From Corallochytrium limacisporum Hawaii (taxonomy: Eukaryota; Protista; Pluriformea), in NCBI GenBank assembly GCA_002811645.1, contig PDIP01000072.1:1-64000 (forward strand): 64,000 bases of DNA. Reading direction: 5' to 3'. Shown here in pieces: positions 1 through 11,151 of the stretch (its first letter is position 1; every line of letters begins with the position of its first letter). The notes below the pieces were generated by a model that saw only the letters and a program-made list of their open reading frames with translations, was not told the DNA's origin and did no database searches. A program made the translations under genes and the position numbers.

Positions 1-24
1 ACCCTAACCCTAACCTAACCTAAC
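1..24. repeat. Telomeric repeat remnant (CCCTAA x2 then CCTAA x2; TTAGGG-type chromosome end)
   Basis: The window begins A-CCCTAA-CCCTAA-CCTAA-CCTAA-C with the C-rich strand at the 5' end, the orientation expected of a left telomere. Confidence 0.8.
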
Positions 25-203
25 AAGAACTATTCCCTGTCCAAACTGCAGTCCGAATGACAGAGTATTGTGTCAGTTTCTGTATTCCAATCTGAGTCAT
101 CTAAATCTCAAGCTTAAGCTGTTAGATGAGGTCCCATTCTGATGACAAATGGATGCTGTATTGTGTACTTACTCCATCTGCCATGCAGGTATGTATCAAT
201 GAA

Positions 204-920
204 TTAGTGACTAATGGAAACAATGGGGACATTGGTCTTATCAATGACGGTTGTGTAGTTACTGTCAATGCAAGAGATGCTAATTTGCCGGTTGGTTTCG
301 TCTGTAAGCAGTTGATCGGTGGCGTTCAAGTACAAGTATTTAAGATCGGTGGTATCAGTAAAAGGAATACAATTGTACACGTCTATGTACAAACTGCTGA
401 AGTCGTACAACAAACTCATCATTTGTACTTTGTACCTGTTGATGGTACCGTAAGTTACTTGATAATCTCGGGCACCGATTGCCCAAGCAATTTCGCCGAT
501 CAGCATGGTGCAATTTGCGTTGTCATATCCTGGGTTTGCAACACACCATGCGCTGTTGGCATTATTGAAGCCACATGCGCTTTCTTCGCTGACAGTTTCA
601 ATGTCGTAGCTTCCAGTGAAACTGTAGCCTTGGTCTTCGCAGCTCAGAGTGGCGTCTTTAGTCACAACCAACCAACCTGGATCCAGCTGTCCCTCCAAGA
701 CGCCCACTCGGCTGGTAGTGTCATTAGTGTTATTTCTAATATCAACAACCAAGACTAAAGTGGCAATCAGCATGCCCAGAGAAGCGAGGATGACCAGGGC
801 CTTCATGATCACCAGCGTAACAGGCTTTTTAGCCATAACTTTACTTCTGAAGTTTCGCTGTTGCACAACCTCAGGTTGATGTTCCAGTTCACTGGAAGTA
901 GTGGAAGTGATGTCCTTCAT
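204..920 (-). CDS. Telomere-adjacent type II membrane protein of unknown function (238 aa)
   Basis: ATG-initiated ORF with one strong TM helix (VTLVIMKALVILASLGMLIATLVLVV). The ectodomain has several Cys and N-glycosylation sequons (NNT, NDT, NCT, NAT, NYT). Confidence 0.75.
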   Translation of the reverse strand: MKDITSTTSSELEHQPEVVQQRNFRSKVMAKKPVTLVIMKALVILASLGMLIATLVLVVDIRNNTNDTTSRVGVLEGQLDPGWLVVTKDATLSCEDQGYSFTGSYDIETVSEESACGFNNANSAWCVANPGYDNANCTMLIGEIAWAIGARDYQVTYGTINRYKVQMMSLLYDFSSLYIDVYNCIPFTDTTDLKYLYLNATDQLLTDETNRQISISCIDSNYTTVIDKTNVPIVSISH

Positions 921-1663
921 GCTCGCTGTCTACAGGTATCAGAAAATCTCAAAGTGTTGGGAGATTCCTTGTTGTTAAGCACTGTTTGTCGACGTGCTTA
1001 TATACCTTTCATTCGCGTGACTCTGAAACAAGGTTCACGTGTGAAATCGAAAGGGGAACTTGCTGCCTGGCTAAACAGATGCTACTTTTCTTCACACAGT
1101 GGGTCTGAATGGCTTTGTTTCTCCAGCTCTCTTGCTGACAGAATCCTTTGAAGTTTGAACCAAGCTAAATGCAGTACGCAACATCCTTCGGATTGACCAG
1201 CATTCCATGCGGCTACTGCGCACGGGCGTTTACGTCAGGACCATTCGGCTGCAGAATCGAGCGACCGTTCCCGCTTGTAAATCTACACGCAATGTATCGA
1301 GTGTTCCCCATGTACACTTTCATTTAATGACCGCACACTGCCGTCGTATTCTGCTGCTAAGTAAAGTGCATACTACAGCTGTGACCATGGTAAGTGTTCC
1401 ACCGTTTGACAAACAAGGTTGACAGGCCAGAGACCAGAGCCCGGCGTCTCGAGCAAAAGAGAATTACAGATACGCGGGAACGCCCAGATCGTCCCAAACA
1501 AAGCCAAACTGGACATCGCACTTCGACGGAAGGAGCGGGCCCCAGCTTGAGTGCGCAGACGCCCCAGCATAGTGTGACGCGGCTACCCCAAAACCTCGCT
1601 CTCTGTTCCCACAACTACTGAATGCCGCTATCCTCGTGGTGGTCAACCGCATCACTTGGTATT

Positions 1664-1688
1664 TATATATATATATATAAATATATAT
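1664..1688. repeat. (TA)n microsatellite
   Basis: tatatatatatatataaatatatat. Confidence 0.9.
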
Positions 1689-3951
1689 TGTATACATGTA
1701 TTTCTAGTTCGCAAAATAGAGAATGCTGTGGGAGCCGACTGATCACGCAGAGTATGCTCGGTTGGTGGGGTGCTTTGGTTTCCGCAGAACAATTCTTGTC
1801 GCGGCAGTGTTGAGTGGCTGCTCACTACTTGGACCCGTAGTACCCACCTGCGCATTTTCCGGGACATTTGAACGGAGGAGAGGAGGGACCTTCAGGTGGG
1901 GAAGCGTGTGCCTATGCTCCGCCTGCATGACCCCTTACCAAACAATTTGAAGTGGATTTTCTTAACACCAAAGTCGCAAATAATGCGCTTCCAAACGACC
2001 AGCAGTGTGAGGCCAAATCCATCGGCACACTCCCCAGTCCAAGAAGTCACTAATTTTTTCCGGAGTCTATTTTTTTTAATTCAACGCACCAGAAGAGTTG
2101 TTGTCCTGCTGTTGGTTGCACAACCCGATACCTCACATGTCGAAACGGGGCATGGTGACTCGGGCGTGTTACTCGACAGTTGGAGCTGTATACCTCCAAG
2201 AATACTGTTTTTCTCTCCGGCCACATCCCAGGATACCCACACCGTTCGTCTCGCTTCGCGAGAACGAGTTTCTGATACCACTGGTACCATTACTCCTTTG
2301 TGGCAATGTCCCAGAGTCCGTAAAATATAAGTTGCTAGCGGATGGCCCACGAATCACATAGTGGTACTCTGGGATCGACTCTCCCCCTCCGCTCGTCCCG
2401 CAAGGTAGAGTACTGGTTGGCTGGTGATATGGTATCAAGCAATCTTGACGCCAAGGAGAACGTACTCCCAGAGTGAATAAGCATTTCCATGGACCATTCG
2501 CAATGACCCGGCCCAATTCTATGCGTTCGGTGCCTGTGCTCTCAATCCTTAATTCGGTAAGTCGTTGGGTGCCACCCGCACTTTGGACAGGCCCGGTGTG
2601 GAATCTTGCACACAAAGAGCGGAAGAAAATTTCTCTGAAACAAAAACCTCAAATAAAGAGACTCTGGTTTCTTGCTGTCAATAACACCCCTTCCCATAGA
2701 AACACTGTTGCAGTTGTGGTCAGGAGATATCTCGAAACGATGCCATATTTACGACTTGAGAGCCAGACTAGTGGTACGCAACATTACCACCTTTAGAGCG
2801 GTACCACCTACTGAAATTTTTCATTGACGCATTTCAATTCCCTGCAAATCTGCCTACAGTGTGAAGTGAGGGAATGTTGGAACTACGCAACAGTACAGAG
2901 ACGCATTTTCGGAAGCGGGTCAAACTGGGACCAGCGGCAATATGGATAGCCTTCTGCATTACAAGTGAGCCCAATCCGTTCTCAGAAGGAGAGATATTTT
3001 TTTTTGGATAGGAAGTCCTGGTAAAACGAGGCCGAATTGCGGAGATTATAACAATTATGTTATCCATTCAGTACTCCTAGTTCACACCGATGCTCCGTCC
3101 TGCGATCATGCATTGAAAAAAAAACGTGGACTAACGCAGGGTGCCAAATTTGTGAACGTACCACACCCTCTTTGTTCCTGAGAATCTGTCTTTACCGACG
3201 ATGAGGGTGTATAGACGTTTGCGTGCTTCACTCCATTTGATAGCAGTATGAGTTCGGATTGTGGAAACGCGAACAGTGCTGGTCCATCCCATTTTGTCAA
3301 ATTTTCTATGAGGAATGTCTGTTCTCAAAGCGCATCTTGATCCGTCGCCTTTTGAATCTACAGTGTTAACTATTCCGACGTGATGTCAGGTAGTCAGTAA
3401 ATGCCTCCTTGCGCACAACAAGGTCCCAGACTGTGGAACTCCATGGTTATCATGAAGTAAATATTTTTAGGGAAGATCTAAGTTTTCTTCTTCCTGGAGA
3501 CGATGCCCTAAAGTTGGTAGCAATTCCCTGATCCGGTTCGTGCGCAGTGATGTAACTGTGAGGGGGAATGCACATCTACTTTGTCAAGTGTGCACCCGAC
3601 ACGCGCTGAGAATACATTGCCCACCGAAGTGCATATCATCAATAACCTGACATCATCCCGTTCTTCACATCTAGTTTGTCGTCGCGGCTGTTCATAACTC
3701 CGACTAGCATGCATCGGAATTCGGCTTTCGGCGGACATCAATCAGTTGCAGCATTGTATGATGGTCATGCTTACGCTTTCGACCGTAGTGTGTACTGCTC
3801 CAGTGGAAATGCAAACAAAGCAGCGCATAGCAATTACCATGAGTGACATCAAAGAAATCAGGTATTTAAGAAATTCATGATCGCTGACCTTGATCACAAT
3901 TCCCTCATGCTCAAGGACTTTTGTACCGAGCATACTTTACGCTTTCGAAAT

Positions 3952-4191
3952 ATGAAGATTTCTCTGTACACTACAATTTCTCTCCTGTGGAGTAGCACTG
4001 GCATCCTCGGCATGACTGCTCCGGACTCTGTTACTAACTCGTACGATTCAGAAGAAGTGATTGAAAACCAAACGGATGTGCCAGTTGCTCAGGCCTGCGG
4101 CTTCACTTCCATGTGGGAATGCACTGCAATCTGTTCCGGCTTTGACTCCTACTGCGAACAGACCGGGAAGGATTGCTGGAACTGCTCTTGA
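3952..4191 (+). CDS. Small secreted cysteine-rich prepropeptide (79 aa, defensin-like layout)
   Basis: Signal-like N-terminus MKISLYTTISLLWSSTGILG, an acidic spacer, then a six-Cys C-terminal domain. AATAAA at 4249-4254. Confidence 0.65.
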   Translation: MKISLYTTISLLWSSTGILGMTAPDSVTNSYDSEEVIENQTDVPVAQACGFTSMWECTAICSGFDSYCEQTGKDCWNCS

Positions 4192-4748
4192 TCTTGGATG
4201 ATGGTGCAGTGCTATTCACATTCTGCAAACTCTTAATCTCGTTTCTTCAATAAATCTGAGAAGGAATTATCCTAATTTTACACCCATTCGATTTGTTGTC
4301 ATTATACGTCTGAGAGACGGCTTAAACTGCTGGTTTAGTTGGATTCCCAATCCCCTCCCTCCCTCTCAGCGGTGCTTTCCACGACCAATTTTCCTTATTT
4401 GGTAAAATGCGGATTACTCCCTGAGCAGGACAGCGACTTTCTGAACCTCTTTCTGCGATACCAAAAAAAACTTTCATGCAGGAGCAGAACGGATGGTGCG
4501 ATGCTCTATCCTCTAAATGTTTGCGATTGCCATCAAAATCTACCGCATTACCAAAACCCATTCTTGTTGCTTGGGGCTGTCAGGCTAGCGCTTGGGTCCG
4601 ACGACTGTGGTAGCGAAAAGATAGACATGTATTAAATGTGCATCTGGATTGGATTCGGTTTGGTGTTAAAAAAGGACACAGCGGTTCGTAAACATTTATT
4701 ATCATAAATAAGCCACCTTCATGATGTCTACATGCTCAAACTGTGTCA

Positions 4749-5087
4749 TCAATCGTCGCCAACCTGGAAAGCGCAGTTAATGCAGTTCACGGCAAAGGCA
4801 CAGTTCACGCAGTTAACAGCCATGAAACAGTTAATGCAAAGAAGTCCAAACCAACCATTGATTGCAAATATGGAAAGCACTGCGTTCCATCCCATGAAGC
4901 AAAAGATGGCATTCATCCATCCGAAAGAATAAATGTTATTGTAGAAGAACTTGTATATCTGACCTGACTTGGTGACAAAGTACCAAGTGCGGATCGGCAC
5001 ACCAAACCAACCTTTGCGCTCTGAGAATCCCCAGCCGGGATCGGTGTTATCTTTGTACCGGCTTTCATTGTTCATAAGACTGGTCAT
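4749..5087 (-). CDS. Small hydrophobic protein with a 9-residue Asn/Cys repeat (112 aa)
   Basis: ATG in aaatcATG context like other genes here. Periodic repeat WMNAIFCFM/GWNAVLSIF/AINGWFGLL/CINCFMAVN/CVNCAFAVN/CINCAFQVG. Minus-strand AATAAA at 4695-4700. Confidence 0.7.
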   Translation of the reverse strand: MTSLMNNESRYKDNTDPGWGFSERKGWFGVPIRTWYFVTKSGQIYKFFYNNIYSFGWMNAIFCFMGWNAVLSIFAINGWFGLLCINCFMAVNCVNCAFAVNCINCAFQVGDD

Positions 5088-5349
5088 GATTTCTGTGTAG
5101 TCTGCCTTTTCTTGGTGATTCTTTACTTGGTCCTTGTTTTCAAGGCGATCTCAGGGTTCAGAAACAATATACGAAACTGATATGTGGTGTGGTCCATACT
5201 ACTGAACATAGAAATGCCAAGGTTAGGATCTCTCCTCAAATACGTTTTCGTGGATGTGACTATTCTAGAGTCATAAACATATCGTGAGACAGGTTCGCTG
5301 TCACTCACACATGCCCCAGGCGCGGTTCCCAGCCCTCCCAGAGGGAGAG

Positions 5350-5990
5350 GGCACCGCTCCGGAAGGCCGTTGGGAATCAGTCGGGGCCCCACACAACTGG
5401 GAGACAACGAAGAAACTCACCCTGTTTGCGCAATTAATATTGTGGTGGAAAGGCGCACAGAGGGCTCGTTATCAGCAGGATCCCACTGTTACCAACCAAA
5501 CGAGACATCACAAGGCTGAACTCTCAAACTGTATCGACATACTGCGGAAAGGGGCACCCTGGTGTATATGTGAGTAATTGCAAATTTCTTTGCTCGTATT
5601 CTTCGGTAATTCCATGGCAGCAAAAGATGTTGTCAGTATTGAAAAGAATTCGGCGAGCGAACACCGGGTTTGCATGATGGGGGGACAAACAGAAAGGTTT
5701 TGTACTCAAAACACAGGCGTTTTGTCCTCTGTGATTTGAAATTCTGATAAGGTGCGAACAAGAGTATTGATTGCGGGTAGATGAAGGGCTTGACAACGCG
5801 ATACCTCGGTAAAATCTCTTTGGTGATTCTCCTTCACTTGCAGGCTCCCATTCTTTCTCCTCTGCAAACTTTCTGTCGCCTTCCCGCTGGGACTGGGGTC
5901 TGCCTTTACTTTCTTGAGAATTAAGCACAAGTCCGAGGGTGAAATGTTTGCGGGTTCATCTGCGGCTTTCACGGTGAACACGAAGAAATT
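5350..5990 (-). mobile_element. Possible decayed non-LTR retrotransposon ORF1 (gag-like) remnant
   Basis: Stop-interrupted reading FFVFTVKAADEPANISPSDL...LQRRKNGSLQVK loosely resembles LINE ORF1 'lSPf...vkklrnGsLlve'. Degenerate knuckle-like 'SPSCVGP' lies downstream. No RT found. Confidence 0.2.
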
Positions 5991-6945
5991 TCATTTTCCT
6001 CCATTTCCTTCTTTTGCCCTAGTACCGGCTCTTTTTCCCATACTAAACCAGTATTGGCGCGGGGACAACCCCTGAAACCCAGGAGGACGAGAAGGAGGAG
6101 ATCCTCCTTCCTTCAGTACAATACACTTTCAGCTAGCACCGCGCAAGAGCCCACTCAACTGTGCGCAATTCCCGCAAGCATACTCTTCGAATAATGGATC
6201 AGCCCACTCGAAAGCTTTCACTACCATACAGTGGGGATGTATTCACTCTGTATTGCGTTCCATCTGATCTCTACCCGGCATTCCTCTTTGCTTCCGAGTC
6301 ATAGAAATCTCTGTGCGTAAATTAACAGAAACAGCTCAAGCGCAGTACAGTACCACCTGGTACCACCGGACAGCGGTTCCAGTTCCGGTGCTTCGCGGGG
6401 GAAGTGCCGCGCTAATCCCCCGCCATAACGTAAGGGAAATGCCTTCTTGTTCGCCGTCATAGAGGGACTGGCAGGAAATTGTTGCTAGCGCTTCAGAGAC
6501 TGATACTGGGCTCACCAAGGAGTGTCACCTTGAGCACAAAATTCTCAAACTGACGGGAGGTGTCGTACGGTAACTCCACTGCCTCCAGCGCTGCGATGGT
6601 ACAGCGATGGTTTCGAAGCCCTTCGCACATGAACTTCCTGGAGGAAGAATGAGAGTTGCAAACCTGGTACGTTCATAGTTGTAATGTTTGCAGGAAACTG
6701 TAACATTCACTGTTACAGAAGAAATAGGTGGTGGATGTCTGAGTAACTGTTAACAGCCCTTGCAAGACTTTGACTTACCAATCTCGGACACACCTCTTGT
6801 ATTATGAAACGTATTCCTTGTCACTAACCCTCTTGCCTTCTGTCACAGAGGTTGGTATTGGCTATTCACCTCAGGCGTCTAGCCATCCCGAGCTCAGGCC
6901 CATACAAGTTGGGGAAGGGACTACAACACAAGTTCGAGAAAGCAA

Positions 6946-8121
6946 TTATGCTACAATCTGAACACCCGATGTGACAAGATTGTCGAACGCACTAGTGGAC
7001 GTCGTTCTGCACCATAGATAGTATGTACCAGTTTGCAGGATGTCAACGGAAACGCTAGCTCGCCGATCATAAGTGCCATGGCAATAAACACAGTTTCTAC
7101 ATCCGCGCCATACAGGATTGGAAATTCTGACACCAATCTTGTCCTGCTGGACTAGTTCTCCACCGATCTCGTCAGTCTCCGTGGCGAAACAGTCCACATA
7201 GACGTCGTAGTCTGGCACGCCGCTGACTTCAAGAACATGATGATAGGTGTCACCTGGGGAGACATTGACGACCTGGGTGGCCATTGGAGTGTCCATGAAC
7301 ACAATGCTGGTCTCTGTCTCTCCCTGGAACGCCATGGTGGTTGTGATATAGAAATTAGAACCCAAGATTTGACGTTCCGCGTGGAACATATCAAATTGAT
7401 AGGTCTCGCCAATCTTCAGGTTGTCCGAGAACCACTGGTCGAGAGGCACGGCTGTACATTCCCAGGGCACAGTGGGAGTTGGTGACATTCCTCCAAGTCT
7501 TACGGTACGGCATTGGGTACTGTGGACGCCCCCAATATCGATCAATAGGTGCTTATCCACGAATACCCACACGTCATCATCGCCTCTGAAAGTGAAGGTC
7601 TCATCGCCCTGGTAGGTGAAGTATGTCTTAATGTGAGTTGTGAAGCAGTAGTTGTGATTCCATAAGGTGTTGTGGTCATCGAATCCGCGCCCGTCAAGAG
7701 GGAAGAAGGACCGATCATCGAACGTATATTGGCCAGTTGAGCGAAAGAGCTTGAGGCGAATGGTGTCTTCGATGCGTATGTTTCCAAAGGTGCCGTAGGT
7801 CTTGGGGTCGATGTCGTGATACCATGACCACCAACTCTCTTCTGTTTTCACGTTCATCAAGCTGTCTGGGATTTGTACGATGGTGGGAGTACCATCTGGA
7901 CCCAGAGTATCTTCAACCATGCCAGCCAGAAGACCTCCCCACGCGTTACAATCCAAGTGGCGTCTGCTGTTGTTGATAGTATCAGTGAAGTTATAGCCAG
8001 ACATTAGGTCTCTGTAAATCACTTTAAGCTCAATGTTTTCGGGTTTATCACAGGATTGAGCAACTACTGTGCCCATCATCGTCAGCAAGCCAAGTGGTGC
8101 TGAAAAAGATCTCCTGATCAT
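6946..8121 (-). CDS. Secreted fibro-slime / PA14-domain protein (Dictyostelium Psi-like)
   Basis: Signal peptide from the Met at 8121. Family motifs FFPLDGRGF, HNYCFTTHI, FTFRGDDDVWVF, IDIGGVH and FHAERQ. Confidence 0.9.
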   Translation of the reverse strand: MIRRSFSAPLGLLTMMGTVVAQSCDKPENIELKVIYRDLMSGYNFTDTINNSRRHLDCNAWGGLLAGMVEDTLGPDGTPTIVQIPDSLMNVKTEESWWSWYHDIDPKTYGTFGNIRIEDTIRLKLFRSTGQYTFDDRSFFPLDGRGFDDHNTLWNHNYCFTTHIKTYFTYQGDETFTFRGDDDVWVFVDKHLLIDIGGVHSTQCRTVRLGGMSPTPTVPWECTAVPLDQWFSDNLKIGETYQFDMFHAERQILGSNFYITTTMAFQGETETSIVFMDTPMATQVVNVSPGDTYHHVLEVSGVPDYDVYVDCFATETDEIGGELVQQDKIGVRISNPVWRGCRNCVYCHGTYDRRASVSVDILQTGTYYLWCRTTSTSAFDNLVTSGVQIVA

Positions 8122-9261
8122 TGTGACAAAAGCGTTGTTCACTGCGCTGTCTTTAGAACTATTCAGCAATGGACACTGATCTGACACAATGGACAACTCT
8201 ACAGATCACTCTGTTGAGTAGGCACATCAAAATACAGCTATCGCGGGTAACGGCTTTACTTCTTAAATAACACAAGTACACGTGAACGTACGCTCACTCT
8301 AGCACACTCCGATGCCTCATGTACCTTGTCAAGTGCCTGCCCTTTAAAGAGTCTGCTTGTCAAGCTCCCTTCACCTCGTAGCCAGGTGTCTTCCCTACTT
8401 AATCAACTGCAATCAATATACTAGAACAGGGAACAGGCTCGGTAGCTCCATCATCCATTCAACAAAAGGCATTCGGAGACGATATAGGGAGTCCCGACTT
8501 CCGCACGTATGACGTACTATATAGTGACCACCATGCCCCGTCGCCCTTCCCCCCCCTTCTTTTCCCTGTGCTCGAGTCCATGGTGGTCTGGACAGGGAAA
8601 AACAAGGAGGACTGGCTAAATTCCGTATGCGAACGAAGGGAGGTCACCTAATGGTACGCGGACTTCGCAGACATACAAAGTCACATCTTCCGACTTTCCA
8701 ACAGTTCCGTCTGGTCTTTGCATGCCTTGCTTCGGGTCCGGTTGGTACCCTGCCTCCGCTTCATTAGCAGATTTTTGAGGGGTTCCCCAGCTTCCAATGT
8801 TTTGTTGGGCCCCTCGTACTCACTAAGCGCGAAGTTCTCGCAGCTCAACACACAGTACACTGGAGCCACGAAATGTCCTCACTTCCTACTCACCAAAATT
8901 AAGCGGGACGGCGGGGGCTGCATTTCCGTTGCCAACCCGTGCGATGAGTCGGATGCTACAACCACTGAGGCCGGCAGACTGATCCACGTAGGCCATCTTC
9001 ACAAACAACCTTGGACATTCAAAGACGTGGTCATGAGGGAGAAATTACAGGAGCAAACAGTACAAACACACCACAAAACCAACCAGGACAAGGACTCGCA
9101 GTGTAACAAATAATCTGTCTTGTCGTGTCAGCTGGCGACATGACAAATTCAATGCACATCCACAGGCGTATCGGTGGACAACACAAACGGCCAAGTAGGC
9201 ATGGGAAACCGACATGTATAGTTGATTTATCTCTATGATTTTGCTCTGTGCACACTCGGTC

Positions 9262-11151
9262 TCAAAGGCGCATGTTGCCTACAACGAGTTCAGCCATTTC
9301 TTTCTCTCCAATCTTAATGTAAGTCTTGGCAGAGTCGTCGCGAACGTAGACGTCACCATTGCACTTTACAGGATCGAAGCCGTCCTTTTGCATGTCAACT
9401 TTACGATGTTTGAAGGTGCCGGTGGTATCCATCTTTGAAATCAGGCGAACGAATGCTGGCCTAGCGTAAATGGGCAGTGTTTCACCAGCGTGGTAGAAAT
9501 CAACAGGATCGAAAGATTCTCCTCCCTTTACTGACACGGCGGCCATACCAGCGCGTCCATCGTGGTTGGGGACGAGAACTCCGTAGACATTGCATTCGTA
9601 CACCCAGGAAAGTTTACTAAAGGCATGTGCAACCTCAGTGGTGCTCACATTCTCGCCTTTCCACCGAAACGTATCGCCAACGCGATCCATAAAATAGAAA
9701 AAGCCATTGGAATCATATACGAAAATATCACCGGTGATGAACCACTTATCACCATCTTTGAAGACGTTGGTGGCAATTTTCTTGTTCGTGGCACTCTCAT
9801 TGCCCACGTAGCCATCATAATTGGACACACCGCCGCCGAAGTCCCTGATCTCCGTGAGGAGGTGACCAGGTTCCTCTGGCCCACAAGGAATACACCTTCC
9901 ATAGGCATCACGGACGAGTTCTTCGTTATCAAAATCAAACTTAACCAGACGAGCAGGATACGTGTTCAACAGATACCAAGGAACCCAACCAACAGCACCC
10001 GAGAAGCCACATTCATCATGCAAGTTAATGACAGTGCCTGCTCCCTCAGTAGCAGCATACCACTCACCAATCTTAGGAATGTTAAACCGTCGCTTGAATG
10101 CATTCCACACATCAGGGCTCATTCCGTTGCCAAAGGCGACCTTGATCTTGTGCCGCTGGTCTGTAGGCCTTTCCGGTTGAGCCAGAAGATATCGACAGAA
10201 TTCGCCAAGGTATTGAATACAAGTGGCCCCATACTCTGCACATTCCTTGAAGAACTTCGACGCTGAGAATCTCCGACGCAGGGCCAAAGTGCAACCCTGG
10301 TATATCATATTGCCAGCACCTACAATGCCCCCTGATGAATGGTACATTGGCAGGACCATATAAAACACATCCTCCGCCGTCACACCTTCCATATAACCGA
10401 ATAAGACTGCACCAGATGCAAACCGACTGTTGCGGATTAGAGATGCCTTGGGCAGGCCAGTGGTTCCCGACGTGTAAATGTACAAGTAGGGATCATTCTG
10501 TGAAATGGAAACCCGTTCAGACCTAGGGATGGGCGAGTCATCCAAACTAGCCACATCGTCGTCAATCTCAGGATAGGCAGTACCATGGTTTGCATCTGGG
10601 GTATCCTTGTAGTCTTCGAGCAAAACAAAAACCTTATCGTCTGCCAAAGGCTTCTGGGAGGAAGATAGTTCAGCATACGCCTTCGCTTGGTGAACACCAA
10701 CCACAATCAGCTTACTTTCAGCAATTTTGATGCAGTGTGATAAAGAGTCACCAGTGAGATTCGTGTTGATACATGCAGTAACCACACCGATCCGTCCAAG
10801 GCCTAAGCAGAAACACATATATTCTGGACAATTTTCCAGATCGAGACTAACCACATCACCCTTCTTGAGGCCCTGCTGGATGGCCCACCGCGTCCATTGA
10901 TTCACGCGTTTTGAGAGTTCATCCCAAGTGATTTCCCTCTGTTCAAACATAACGGCAATTTTTCCGGGGTTCTTTGCTACATTAGCCTCAAAGGCGCCGA
11001 TTGGTGACATCCTGTAGCCACCTTTTAAGCATTGCGCTGCCTTCAATGCAACCATCGCCAACGTGTAGGTACCAGCCAAAGTCTGCACTATGCCCAGGGA
11101 CTTGCCCCGGTTGTTGATAAGGGCTTTTGGTAGATCTGTACTTGTTGACAT
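9262..11151 (-). CDS. Fatty acid transport protein / very-long-chain acyl-CoA synthetase (SLC27/Fat1 family)
   Basis: AMP-binding YIYTSGTTGLPK and FATP signature DRVGDTFRWKGENVSTTEV. Start taken at Met 11151; the ORF stays open to 11259. Confidence 0.95.
   Translation of the reverse strand: MSTSTDLPKALINNRGKSLGIVQTLAGTYTLAMVALKAAQCLKGGYRMSPIGAFEANVAKNPGKIAVMFEQREITWDELSKRVNQWTRWAIQQGLKKGDVVSLDLENCPEYMCFCLGLGRIGVVTACINTNLTGDSLSHCIKIAESKLIVVGVHQAKAYAELSSSQKPLADDKVFVLLEDYKDTPDANHGTAYPEIDDDVASLDDSPIPRSERVSISQNDPYLYIYTSGTTGLPKASLIRNSRFASGAVLFGYMEGVTAEDVFYMVLPMYHSSGGIVGAGNMIYQGCTLALRRRFSASKFFKECAEYGATCIQYLGEFCRYLLAQPERPTDQRHKIKVAFGNGMSPDVWNAFKRRFNIPKIGEWYAATEGAGTVINLHDECGFSGAVGWVPWYLLNTYPARLVKFDFDNEELVRDAYGRCIPCGPEEPGHLLTEIRDFGGGVSNYDGYVGNESATNKKIATNVFKDGDKWFITGDIFVYDSNGFFYFMDRVGDTFRWKGENVSTTEVAHAFSKLSWVYECNVYGVLVPNHDGRAGMAAVSVKGGESFDPVDFYHAGETLPIYARPAFVRLISKMDTTGTFKHRKVDMQKDGFDPVKCNGDVYVRDDSAKTYIKIGEKEMAELVVGNMRL

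Noticed and set aside
3508-3933. Two in-frame minus-strand ORFs separated by a single TGA (possible selenoprotein or readthrough)
   Set aside because: The product resembles no family, has no redox motif context and no recognisable SECIS.
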